From Chiloscyllium plagiosum (taxonomy: Eukaryota): a stretch of DNA of 64,000 nucleotides. The stretch is taken from contig NC_057719.1 in the NCBI RefSeq assembly GCF_004010195.1, positions 45,564,658 to 45,628,657 on the forward strand. Reading direction: 5' to 3'. The notes below the pieces were generated by a model. The model was not told the origin of the DNA, did not search any database, and saw only the letters and a program-made list of their open reading frames with translations. The position numbers and the translations under genes were made by a program. Each line of letters starts with the position of its first letter. The stretch's first letter is position 1. Shown here piece after piece: positions 49,220-60,702 of the stretch.

Positions 49220-50130
49220 ATTGGGACATGAGACATTAGAACTTGATGTGCAAAAGACAATTTCAAAGTTTGCAGATGTTAGAAAACTTGGAAGCATTGT
49301 AAACAGTGAGGTGGATGGTGTGGAACTTCAAAAGAATATAGACAAATTGATGTTAGATTCAATTCAACGTGAAGAAGTGTGAAATGATATGTTTTGGCAG
49401 TAAGAACATGGACAGACAGTATAATACTTAAGAAAGTGCTGGAGCAGAGGAACCTGGGTGTATATGTTCACAGATCACTGAGGGTGACTGGTCAGGCAGA
49501 CAGCAGTTAATAAAGCAACCAATATCCTGAATCTTTATTAATAGGCGGCACAGTGGCTCAGTGGTTAGCACTGCTGCCTCACAGCACCAGGGATCCAGGT
49601 TCAATTCCTGCCTTGGGCAACTGCCTGTGTGGAGTTTGCACATTCTCCCTGTGTCTGCGTGGGTTTCCTCCGGGTGCTCCGGTTTCCTCCCACAGTCCAA
49701 AGATGTGCAGATTAGGTGAATTGGTCATGCTAAATTGCCCATGGTGTTGGGTGTAGGGGAGTGGATCTGGGTGGGTTGCTCTTCAGAGGGTTGGTGTGGA
49801 CTTGTTGGACCGAAAGGCCTGTTTCCACACTGTAGGGAATCTAATAGCAGCATAGGATACAAGAAGCAAGGGACCACAGTTGGAGTTTATATACAATCTG
49901 GAGCACCATACACTATAGGAAAAGTGTAAACACTTTGGAGAAGTTGCACAAGAAATTTACAAGAATGGCTTCAGGAATGAGAACCTTTGATTATGAGGAT
50001 AAATTGGAGAAATTTGAACTGCTCTTGTTGCTTGGACAAGGCTAAGATGAGATCTGATTGAATTTTTCAAAATCATGAGAAGTTTGGTAAGAGTAGAAAG
50101 GGAGGAACTGATGCCATTCGTTTAAGGATT
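49220..50130 (+). mobile_element. CR1 ORF2 fragment
   Basis: Translates to ISKFADVRKLGSIVNSEVDGVELQKNIDKL; interrupted by a HE1 SINE. Confidence 0.85.
49544..49842 (+). mobile_element. HE1-type SINE, well preserved
   Basis: A box tggctcagtggttagc, B box ggttcaattcc, CR1-like tail; flanked by the short duplication taatag. Confidence 0.92.
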
Positions 50131-50211
50131 CACTATAAAGTATTTCATGCCTAATCTGACTCCAAGGGATTAGATTCATGCTCTTGCTTTCTCCAATTTT
50201 TAGTATTTTAA

Positions 50212-50502
50212 AGGGTGGCACAGTAGCTCAGTGGTTAGCACAGTTGCCTCCCATTGCCAAGGAACTGGCTTCAATTCCACCCTGGGTGACTGTGTGGAGT
50301 TTGCACGTTCTCCCTGTGTCTGTGTGGGTTTCCTCCAAGTTCTCTGTGGTCTCCTCCCACAAAGCTGTGCCAGCTAGGTGGATTAACCACAGGAAATGCA
50401 GGGATAGGGTAGTGGAGTGGGTATGGGTGGGATGGTCTTCAGAGGGTAGGAGTTCACTCAGAAGGGTGAATGACCTGCTTCTACACTGTAGGGGATCTAT
50501 GA
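50212..50502 (+). mobile_element. HE1-type SINE
   Basis: Same head, core and tail. Confidence 0.85.
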
Positions 50503-52205
50503 TAAAGATAAAATCATTAAAATTTCTTCATAAACTTTGAATTTATCATTCAAGCCATGGAAATAATAAACATTTAATTGATTTCACTGTTGGAGACTGA
50601 TACTCAAATTGTAATAACCATTTGTATTCTTAATTACTTTTTTTTTCCAATTAATTTTATTTTAGTCTCTATCTGAAAAATTATCTTAACTTCCTGGTAA
50701 CTTTTCCATTAAGTAAATATGTCAGAAATTTCTTAACTCACTATTTGAAATTTTAACTGGGCTCTGCAGCACATTTTTTGGGTGAAAGTGAAATGTTTTA
50801 TGCCCTTCCCTTAAGAGATTGTATTTGCTAAGGGCTTCCAATAATTGACGTCTTTCCTGAGGTACTTGACTTAGACTTCATCCTGAAGCTGCATGGGGCT
50901 TTTTCTGTTTTCACTATGTTTTTTAGCGGTTGTTTCTCTCTTGCAGTCTGTGAAACTCTTTTGTCATTGAGAATTGCAGTTTTTCTGGTTGTTTCTCCGA
51001 AGGAGTTTCTATTTATAGATGTTTCCTCCGTAGCCACAGAGGCTTTTCAGGTCTGTGGCTTTTTTTAACTTCTGCTGGTTTTAAAGCTGAAGTTAAAATT
51101 ACTTCTTAAAAATTCTTCTATTCTCTATGTACACACAAGTCTTTTTTTAATGTGTTCTGCACCACAACTTTCTTTGCAGTCAATCCTGCCATTGCACCAT
51201 CTTCCATCTTGTGTTTTTGTGCCACATCTGGGAGATTTGAGCAAATGGACTGCCGTGGTACAAAGTGGCAGATTACTGCAACCTTCTCAAGCGCAATTAG
51301 GGATGGGCAATAAATGCCTGCCCAGTCAGGGAAGCCCAAGTCCCACAAATGAATTGTAAAAATCTCTGTGTCATCCATGGCTTGTGCAGGTTGATCATGT
51401 CTGGTCTCTCACCACATATGGATCCAGCCTTTGTTATCATCTAACGATATTACTATCTGAGTTGGTGGCTCTGTGTGAGGTTAAATTATGGTGTTTCTTC
51501 TTTATTGTTGTCATCTTGTTGGTCCAACACTGCCTGGGTGCCTGAATGGAGAAATGCAGAAGAGGACATTTTGATGAGGACAGCCAGGGAGTATGCAGGA
51601 GTCATTTACTTATGCCAGTTTTGAATCAGAAGAGATTGCAGAATGAGGGGCGTGTAGGGTGTGGGAAGGAGGAATAGGTCTTCCATTATATCACCCTAAT
51701 CATTAACAATGGTCTTAGCTATGGCCATTTCAATGAAAGTACCAAGTTAAAAATGACACAACACCAGGTACTTGGGTTCATGTCACACTACAGGTGACCA
51801 GCAATGCACTATACACACAGATACTCCTACACACACGCACTCCTATATACACATACAAACACAGACACACATCTACACAGACATGCACATAGACACACAC
51901 ACACACCCTTACAGACACACACACTCCCACACTCATACATGCACCCCCTCACAGACTTATAAGACACTCTACACTCACATACACACATACATACACTCTC
52001 TCTCACACTCACAATCCACCAACCCAGACAGACAGACAGATACACACACACACGCACACAAAGACCCACGTGCACACATACACATATACGTTTGTGGGGT
52101 GAATTTGTACTTGCAGAGTTACATTGTACTTTGCTCAAAAACTGCATGAATTCATGTAAGACTGTTATCTCAATGTTTGGATTAGAATCAGTCTAAACAT
52201 TATGG

Positions 52206-52434
52206 TCATGATTCGGAGATGCCGGTGTTGGACTGGGGTGTAGAAAGTTAAAAATCACACAACACCAGGTTATAGTCCAACAGGTTTAATTGGAAGCACA
52301 CTAGCTTTCGGAGCGTCGCTTCTTCATCAGGTGATTCATCACAACCACCTGATGAAGGAGCGTCGCTCTGAAAGCTGGTGTGCTTCCAATTAAACCTGTT
52401 GGACTATAACCTGGTGTTGTGTGATTTTTAACTT
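52206..52434. mobile_element. Penelope family 2 hairpin insertion
   Basis: Inverted arms, each with CTGATGA..GAAAGC. 12-bp TSD taaacattatgg at 52194-52205 and 52435-52446. Confidence 0.88.
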
Positions 52435-52695
52435 TAAACATTATGGCACAGACAGGAAACACCTTCAACGTATTGTCTAGCTAACACCAATTATCACAGT
52501 TAACCTGAGAATGCAACTTTTAAAATAAAATAAAGTTTTGTGATTTACACACGAAAGAAGTGAAACTATCATGGTATTCGAACAGGTGAAAGACTCAACA
52601 AACAATCAAGGTATTTTTCAATGTATAATTTCAGTTACATCACACTGTAAACTTTTGCTATAAACTCTGTGTCTTACAATTGTGCCCTCCACAAC

Positions 52696-52730
52696 CACCT
52701 GATGAAGGAGCGGCGCTCCGAAAGCTAGTG
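52696..52730 (+). ncRNA. Minimal type I hammerhead ribozyme motif (family 2)
   Basis: cac-CUGAUGA-A-GGAGC(ggc)GCUCC-GAAA-GC-UA-gug: 3-bp stem I, 5-bp stem II, palindromic AGCU, predicted CUA cleavage triplet. Confidence 0.75.
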
Positions 52731-52829
52731 TGCTTCCAGTTAAACCTGTTGGACTATAACCTGGTGTTGTGTGATTTTTAACTTTGTACACCCCAGTCCA
52801 ACACCGGCACCTCCGAATCAATGAGAGTA

Positions 52830-53830
52830 TGTATTGTTTTCTCCATAGGATGAGGCCATGCAGCCTTGTCTGTCCCATACCAGTTCGAGGCTGTTGGCTT
52901 TGGTTATGTGCTACCTTGCTCTGCAAGAGAAAGGCAAGTGGGTCAGTGCAATCTGTTTGGCTGACATTACTACCTTGGTTGAGAGAAGTATGTTAAAAAT
53001 CACATAACACCATGTTATAGTCCAACAAGTTATTTGGGAGTACAAGCTTTTGGAGCACTGCTCCTTTATTAGGAATCTGGTGAAGCAGGATCATAGGACA
53101 CAGAGTTTATAGCAAAAGATCATAGTGTCATATAACTGATGTAATGCATTGAACTAACCTAGGTTGCTGTTAAGCCTTTCACCTTTTAGAATGGGTTGTA
53201 GGTTTCAATTCATTAATATGTTAATTCCAGAACTTCTTTCAAGTCACATTGCTAAGATAAATTCAGGTTTTATAATAAAAAGGTGACATCTCAGCTCAGA
53301 TAACCTGAAGTTATCTCAGGAAAGTGATTTAAAGAGGTTTTGGGATTGACATATTAATGAATCGAAACCTGCAACCCATTCTAAAAGATGAAAGACTTTC
53401 ACACTTTATTTCACACGTCATGGAAATAATATGTGAAAGCTGCAAAGTGTAGGTTTGATAAACACATTGATCTTATGTGTGTGGGGGTGAGATAGGAAGG
53501 TGTGATTCATGGTTTACAGAGATAGTTGATAGATAAGCAGCAAGGTATGGTGCATTGAATGATGTGTGAAACCAGTAGTGTGGTTAGATGGGATGTACCA
53601 GTTAAAGATACATTCACTGACTTGACCACTTGTGTTAAGTCATTCAACTTTTTGCAGCACTGCATCAGATTCCATGCAATATTAACTGCCGTGGACTATC
53701 TGGTTCCATTGCCTGTACAAAGTTTGGCTGAAAGGCTTTGCATGGCCTTTTGTGAATTGATCTCATTTCCTCTTCTCTCCACATTCTGCACTAAAGCTCC
53801 AGTGCAGTATCACAACATCTTCAAACCTCA
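52830..53830 (-). pseudogene. Decayed two-exon Myb/SANT-like gene (PIF/Harbinger ORF2 type)
   Basis: Exon 1 (~53830-53622) reads DTALE/ALVQNVERR..TLYRQWNQI..AVN..QCCKKLNDLTQVVK, then a gtcagt donor. Exon 2 follows the acceptor tttctcttgcag (52921) and reads SKVAHNQSQQPRTGMG. Confidence 0.7.
52990..53398. mobile_element. Older Penelope family 2 remnant with inverted segments
   Basis: 52990-53130 is the reverse of 52640-52785; 53175-53300 and 53305-53398 are mutually inverted. Confidence 0.7.
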
Positions 53831-54582
53831 ATATTGTACTTTCTTTTTCAGAGCTCGTTGTATCAAAACCATTTTTGAGTGACTTCCAGCACCTGTTGCA
53901 ACTATAATGTTTAGTCCCCTTTAAGAACTACAAATAGACTTTGCAATCATGCCAACTCCTTACAAGTTTTCTCACTCAGGCATGCAGTTCCTCAACAGTG
54001 TTCAGTATTAGCTATGATCATTTAAATTAGCAAACAGCATATAATTTGTGTGCTGCCTGCATCAGAAACAATTGGTTTGGACTAATCCGGCATTTCCACA
54101 TCTCTTTTTAGGCTGTGCCTAACTGCTCACTCTTTGCGTAATAAAACAAAAGTAACCATTTTAATGAGTTAAGATACGTCGGTCATAATGAAAGGAATGC
54201 ATACTTTCTACTTAGTTTCAGTCACAAAGTTTACAATTAGTTTGCAATCTTGAGCGCAGCATAACACAGAATCAAAGAATGCAGGCTTCCTCTGTCCTAA
54301 GCCAACTATAAGTGACAGTTTTACCAGATGCTGTGGATGATATACTGCCCTCATTTGTGTTATTTCCTGTGAGTTGCATGATGGAAAAGTTAATACACAG
54401 GTTTATTTTTCAGCTGCCAAACCTTTTGCAAATACATATTCAGCTGGATAGTTAAAATAAGCCAGGTAAGAGACCCAAACATTGATAAGAACAGAAAATC
54501 TATTCTGTGTTGATTCAGGGATGTCAACAATTCAAGCTGGCAACATTGTTTAAAAACAAAGGATGATGCAGCTTGGTATCTT

Positions 54583-54900
54583 AGAGTCCCTACAATGTGG
54601 AGGCAGGCCATTCAGCCCATCAAGTCCACACCACCCCTCTAAAGAGCATCTCATCCAGACCCACAACCCCTACTCTCTCCCAGTAACCATATATTTCCCA
54701 TGGCTAATACACTAGCCTGTCTATCCCTGGACATCATGGGCAATTTATCACACCCAATCCTCATAACTCACACATCTTTGGACAGTGGGAGGAAACTGGA
54801 GCACCTGGAGAAAATCCACACAGACACAGAGAGAGCGTGCAAACTCCATACAGACAATCACCTAAGGCTGGAATCGAACCCGAGCCCTATGAGGCAGCAA
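54583..54900 (-). mobile_element. HE1-type SINE
   Basis: Reverse complement of the HE1 core (gtgcaaactccatacagaca; ggaatcgaaccc). Confidence 0.85.
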
Positions 54901-55175
54901 AGCACTCAAGATAATCACCAAGAGCATTTCTACCATGAATAATCTACATTGGATGCTGGGGAATTGTACATTTTTGGCCCAACTTTATAAAATTTTCGTC
55001 ATTATTTGTGTGCTTACATGAATGGAACTAACACAGAAGAGCTTGATTTAGAATAATAATTTTTTAAGTAGTGCGTGTTTTCAAGTGTAATATTCTCCAT
55101 GCAGTGTTTTGATGGTGGTTACAGTAAGGTGGAAAATCTACTTCCTTGTAAATTCAGGATTAGGAATCATGTGAT

Positions 55176-55458
55176 TGGCTAGCACTGTTGCCTCACAGCG
55201 CCAGAGACCCGGGTTCAATTCCCGCCTCAGGCGACTGACTGTGTGGAGTTTGCACGTTCTCCCCATGTCTGCGTGGGTTTCCTCCCACAGTCCACAAAGA
55301 TGTGCAGGTCAGGTGAATTGGCCATGCTAAATTGCCTGTAGTGTTAGGTATAGGGGTAAATGTGGGGGTATGGGTGGGTTGCGCTTCGGCGGGTCAGTGA
55401 GGACTTGCCGAAGGGCCTGTTTCCATACTGTAATGTAATCTAATCTAATCTAATCTAA
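55176..55458 (+). mobile_element. HE1-type SINE with (TAATC)n tail
   Basis: tagcactgttgcctcacagcgccagagacccgggttcaattcc; many CpGs retained. Confidence 0.9.
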
Positions 55459-56139
55459 TATTCAACCTATCTCTCTTTATCGTTGTTTTATCTGCTTTAG
55501 GTTAATAAACTGCTCATAAAATTCAGATATTGTTTGCCGCAATATCTGCTTCATAACTTGCAATGTGTATTACCATATTAAATAAACTAACTCACAGAGT
55601 TAGTGAGCCTTGATTATTCATTCGGATAATTACAGTATTAGGATGGATAATTAGAATATTATCATTAATATAGACACATTGCAGCAGCCTGCACAAATAA
55701 TGGCCACTTAAGCAAATGCACTTTTAAAATTATGTTTCGGTAAAGGACACAAAGATTTCATATGAAAAGGACAGGAAAAAATTAGCAAGCAGCTTCTCTC
55801 AATATGTTATGGCTGGGTGTTCTTCCACAATTATTTTGCTGAATTGTTTTATGCCAATACTTATTTCGCTTGAGGAGAAAAAAATTGTCAGAAGCTTTAA
55901 TACATATGAGGGGTTTGGATAATAGTAAACAGTCTTTGATTAATTTCAAAGTCACAATGCAGCCACAAGTTTATCCTAGGTTATTTCACCAACGGTTTTT
56001 TTTTGGCAATGTTTCTACTATAGTTTCCATTCTGGCAATTCATCATCCATCATCACTCACAGTATTACTGCTTGGATAAGAGGCAAGTGATAACAAGTGT
56101 GTCTATTTTACAGAAAAACATTGCAGACTTAACCCGAAA

Positions 56140-56950
56140 ACAAAAACACTGCGGAAGCAGGAAACCTGAAAAAGAAAGGAAAACAGAAAATGTTGAAAAT
56201 ATTCAGCAGGTCTGACAGCATGTGTGAAAAGGGAAACAAAATTAATGTGTTGAGGTGAATACAAGAGTAAAGGAGAGGAACACACAAAGGTTTTGGATTG
56301 TGTATGTGGTAGGAGAGATTAAATGGTAAAGTTGTCAGAGCACAGAAGGGCAAAAGGAGTGGTAATAGTGGTAATAAACAGGCAAAGTATTTGTCCAGAG
56401 TGAGTGTGAATGGCAGAACAATGTAGAGTTTTGTCTGAAAGCAAAGTATTAAAACCAAGATTTATATAGGCACATGGCAAAAAAAAAATGGAAAACAGAG
56501 TTTTGGTTTGACATTGTGGAACTCAATATCGAGACCATAAGTTGTAAAGTGTCACATTGGTAGATGAGGTGCTCTACTTCAAGCTTGCAGGAAGTTACAG
56601 CACACTAAATTGAAAGATTCCAATGTGAGTTTCTGCTTTTCCTAACAGGAGTGTTTGTGGTTTGGATGGTGTGGGGAAAACACATAGACGGCATATGCTA
56701 CATCTCCCTTGATTGAATGGGAAGATGTTGTGGGAAGAGGACAAAATCTTGAGAGTATAGATAAGTGGATAGGTGGTTAGGGAGGTAACAGTTCCTTCAG
56801 AATGCTAACAAGGGAGAGCAGGTAAAATATATTTGTTGGTGGCACATCGTTGGAGGCAGCAAAAGTAGTAAAGGATGATCCTTCGAACCTTCAAAGGCTG
56901 ATAGGTTGGCAAGTGAAGACAAGGAGCATCTTCTCACAGTTCTGGGAATT
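56140..56950 (-). mobile_element. Old Penelope-like remnant
   Basis: Terminal-repeat-like start (atattcagcaggtctgacagcatgtgtg) plus weak antisense GIY-YIG-like text. Confidence 0.5.
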
Positions 56951-57114
56951 CTTGATCGACATGTTGATGCTCTTGACTGTGATATTAAAGATGTTCTCAT
57001 GGTTGATCATTTAGACTTTAGCAGAGCCAGTTGCAATCAGCAACTGCAAAAGAGCAGCTATTACAAAAGTTTAACAAGATTATTGAGAAGATGTTTCCAT
57101 TAGCAGGAAAGACG

Positions 57115-57397
57115 AGGATCTGAAAGCACAGGTTTAGAGATAAGGGAAGACCCTTGAGAGCAGAGATGAGGAGAAACTTCTTCAGCCAGAGAATGGTGAA
57201 TCTATGGAATTCATTGCCACAGAAGACTGTGAAGGCCAGGTCACTGAATATATTTGACAGAGATAGATAATTTCTTGATTGCCAATGGGATCAAGAGTTA
57301 CAGGGAGAAAATGGAAGAATGGGGATGAGAAACTTATCAGCCATGATTGAATGGCAGAGCAGACTTGATGGGCTAAATGGTCTGATTTCTGCTCCAA
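57115..57397 (+). mobile_element. CR1 3' end
   Basis: FFSQRMVNLWNSLPQ and a gatgggctaaatggtctg tail. Confidence 0.88.
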
Positions 57398-57689
57398 TGT
57401 TTATTATCCAGGAATGGCCTGAAAGTATTAAAATAGTAGCTGAGAAGATTTGTTCATTTGGCCTTAAAGTGGCAAACTTATCATACCACAACAAGTCAAA
57501 TTTAAGCACAATCAAGTTTTAAAACCATAATAATAACAGAAAGTGCTAGAGAAACTCAACAGTTCTGGCAGGATCTGTGGAGAGAGAAACAAATGTAATA
57601 TTTTGAATGCAGTGCGGCTGTTCAAGCCCTGATACCAAAAGCATTACACTAGTATATCATGTGCATGTTACACCAGTGACACGATTACT

Positions 57690-59095
57690 AATTGCGCAAG
57701 ACAGTTAGCTGGCAATCTGCGTACTGGCCATGGGTAAATCAGGATATTCAACAACTCATGAATTGCGTGTGAACCATGGAAAACGTAACAATTCCAGCAG
57801 TGGAGGGAGTCTTTACATTCGCATAATGTGCCATTCATCCCTTGAACAACAATAGTACAGTGAACAGGGAAGATTACATCCTTGTAATGGATTACTTCTC
57901 TAGATTTCCCACTGACAATGTGACTGTCATTGATATTTCAGCTTATTTGATGTTCCAGATCAGATAGTGTCTGACAATACACCAGAGTTCACTGATAAAC
58001 CATTTCAAGACATGCACTAAGTGGAAAGTGATCCATATCACATTATCACCCTACTATCTATACTCGAATAGTCTGGCAGAATATGTGTCATGTACTATCA
58101 AATTAATTATCATTTGGTATTGAGCAACAAAAACAAGAACTCATATTGGCAACAAAAACAAAAGTTACTGGAAGAGAAGAACAGATCTGGCAGCATCTGT
58201 GAAGAGAAATCAGAGTTAACTTCTGAGGGTCTATAAGGTTCTTGTCAGACTACATTTGGAGTATTGTGCACAGATTTGAGCCCCATATCTCAGGAAGGAT
58301 GTTTAGAGAAGGTTCACAAAAATGGTCCCAGGAATGAAAAGCTTATCATATGAGAAACATTTATGATTTCGAAGGATGAGGGGGGATTTTATTGAAACAT
58401 ACGGAATACTGAATGGCCTGGACAGTGTAGATTTTGGGAAGATGATTCTATTGGTGAGAGACCAGGACCCAAGGGCATAGCCAGAGAGTAAAGGGAAGAC
58501 CTTTCAGAATGAAGATGAGGCTCATTCCTGATGAAGGGCTCTTGCCCGAATCGTCGATTTTTCTGTTCCTCGGATGCTGCCTGACCTACTGTGCCTTTCC
58601 AGCACTACTCTAATCTTGACTCTGATCTCCAGCATCTGCAGTCCTCACTTTCCCCCATGTCCTAGCCCCGTACCCCACACCGGGCCTTTTTATCACTTAG
58701 TCCACCATTACACAGTACCTATTGTTAGCCACTAACAGTCTCCATTAACAGCTATTCACCTTCCTAACCAGATTGTTATTCGCTTCTTTGCCTGTCAAAC
58801 TGTTCTTCTTTCTCTTTGGGTTCTATCTCCACCTCTTGTTTACTCCTTAACCCCTCCCCTCATCCTATCTGTGGCATATAAACCAACATTTTTCGAGCTA
58901 TCATCAGTTCTGAGGACATGAAATGTTAACTCTGATTTCTCTTCACAGATGCTGCCAGACCTGCTGAACTTTTCCAGCAATCTTCTGTTTTTATTTCTGA
59001 TTTACTGCACTGCAGGTTTTTTTGGTTCTTATTTCAGAATTCACATTGCATTGCTGCAACCCCAATGGAGAAGGGATTGCCATGTGCAGGTAAAA
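57690..59095 (+). mobile_element. Gypsy-type integrase core remnant, split by the 58149-59035 insert
   Basis: Reads LFDVPDQIVSDNTPEFT and KWKVIHITLSPYYLYSNSLAE (cf. SDNGPQF; HITSSPYYPxSNGLAE); resumes as ATPMEKGLP near 59055. Confidence 0.75.
58149..59035. mobile_element. Composite Penelope insertion: family 3 arms, CR1 piece and family 1 repeat
   Basis: Family 3 arm 58150-58222; CR1 piece 58225-58518; family 1 repeat 58520-58654; family 3 3' region to ~59030. Degenerate TSD agaactcatattg / agaattcacattg. Confidence 0.75.
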
Positions 59096-59234
59096 GGGAC
59101 ATATTGTTTTATATCTTACAGTCAGTACGTCAACATACCTGAGAGAGACGTGATAGTGATTAGAGACGAAAAAACCTGGCAACATATATGTTTCTGGGTA
59201 ATCCAACATGGAGGGTGGGAAAAATTTCTGGCTG

Positions 59235-60702
59235 TAACAGGCTGCTCCTTTTTTGAGGTATTTTGGGTGTTGGAGTGATTTCCTCGAATTCCAGGAGCAG
59301 CGATTACTGTTTTATATGATGTTGCATTGTTTTAGAACTTTGGAGAAAAAAAAGTCCAAACAACAGCACTTTTAAAAGGGTGAGGAACAGGCAAAGGCAG
59401 CACATGGTGAGGTGAGTGCAGGAGAGAGAGAGAGACAGACAGAGAGACAGAGAGAGAGAGACAAAAAAACCCACACTGCTAACTGATGGAGCAGTGAACC
59501 TGTGCAGTTACTGTCTTTGTTGTTAAATCCATGTATCGCTAGACATCGGAGTGCATCTGGGAAAATTAATAAATAGTGAAATTCACAACAGATTTTGGAG
59601 GAACCTGTTTGGGAGAGGTGACAGCACAGATAAGTAAATAGTTTTAAGTGTGGCCTTGGGGCCTTGCTGTAAGTCTGCAGTAGTGAATAGAGTGGGTTAT
59701 TTCTTGATTATATGTTTTATTGAGATATGTCTCTTGATTAAACTTAAAAATATGAGCCATAAGTATTAAATTAGCCTGGAGCAGTGTATTGTAGAGGAAT
59801 AAGACGGTGCTATTTTCTGGGTCTGCAGATTGGAAGAAGCAAAAATGTCCCTTTTTTGTCAGATGTGGGAGTTTAGGAAGAGTTTACATGTTACTGAGGG
59901 TTATAACTGCAATAAATGCCATTGGTTGCGAATCCTATCAGATCGAATGAAACAATTGGAGCGACAGTTAGAGGCAATGAGGCGTGTGATGGATGGTAAT
60001 TATTGGAAGGGAGAAAAGTCACAGATACAGTCACATAAATGGGTTAACTCTGAAAAGTAAGAGAGATAGGCAGGTAGTACAGAGGTGTTCTGTGGTTATC
60101 CCCATTTCAAACAAGTATGCTGTTTTGAAAAATGGAGGGGGTGTTGAATTCTCAGGGGAATGTAGCACAAACAGCCAAGTTTCTGGTATTGAGACTGGCT
60201 CTAAAGCAGTGAGGGCTACATTAGGTTCCAAGAGATTGATTGTGTTAATGGACTCTCTAGTCAGAGGCACAGACAGACATTTCTGTGGCCAGCAGCAAAA
60301 AATCAGAATGGTGTGTTGCTTCCCTAGTGGAGGATCAAGGATGTCTCAGAGAGGGTGCAGAATGTTCTCACGGGGGAGAGGGACCAGCAGGAGGTCATTA
60401 TACACAATGGAACCAATGACATATGAAGGGAAAAGATTGAGATTCTGAAGGGAGAATACAGAGAGTTGGGCAGGAATTTAAAAAGGAGGTCCTCGAGAGT
60501 AGTAATATCAGGATTACTCCCGGTGCTATAAGCTACTGACGGGAGGAATAGGAAAATAGAGCAGGTGAATGTATGGCTGAGAAGCTGATGTATTTGCTAG
60601 AACTGCTCGGGTTGGGATAGGATACTGATTGGGTTAGGATATCTAGTCAGCATGGACTGAAGGGTCTTTTTCTGTGCTGTACATCTCTCTGATTCTATGA
60701 CT
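59235..60702 (+). mobile_element. Internally deleted CR1: 5' UTR, ORF1 and 3' terminus
   Basis: ORF1 zinc-finger/zipper CQMWE..YNCNKCHWLRILSDRMKQLERQL and esterase IVLMDSLVRGTDRHFC are joined at ~60610 to a CR1 3' tail (gaagggtctttttctgtgctgtacatctc). Confidence 0.82.
59420..59462. repeat. (GA)n microsatellite, imperfect
   Basis: Directly visible. Confidence 0.9.

Larger units (their letters stand above)
51740..52822 (+). mobile_element. Penelope family 2 3' region with CA-rich tract and terminal repeat
   Basis: (CA)-rich tract 51810-52085; terminal repeat 52690-52820 with hammerhead motif; nested self-hairpin at 52206-52434. Confidence 0.75.

Noticed and set aside
49544..49615. tRNA gene
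   Set aside because: It is the tRNA-derived head of a HE1-type SINE and continues into the SINE core and tail.
50828..51215. Lys/Ser-rich minus-strand frames as a host exon
   Set aside because: They are interrupted by stops, with no splice support or recognisable domain.
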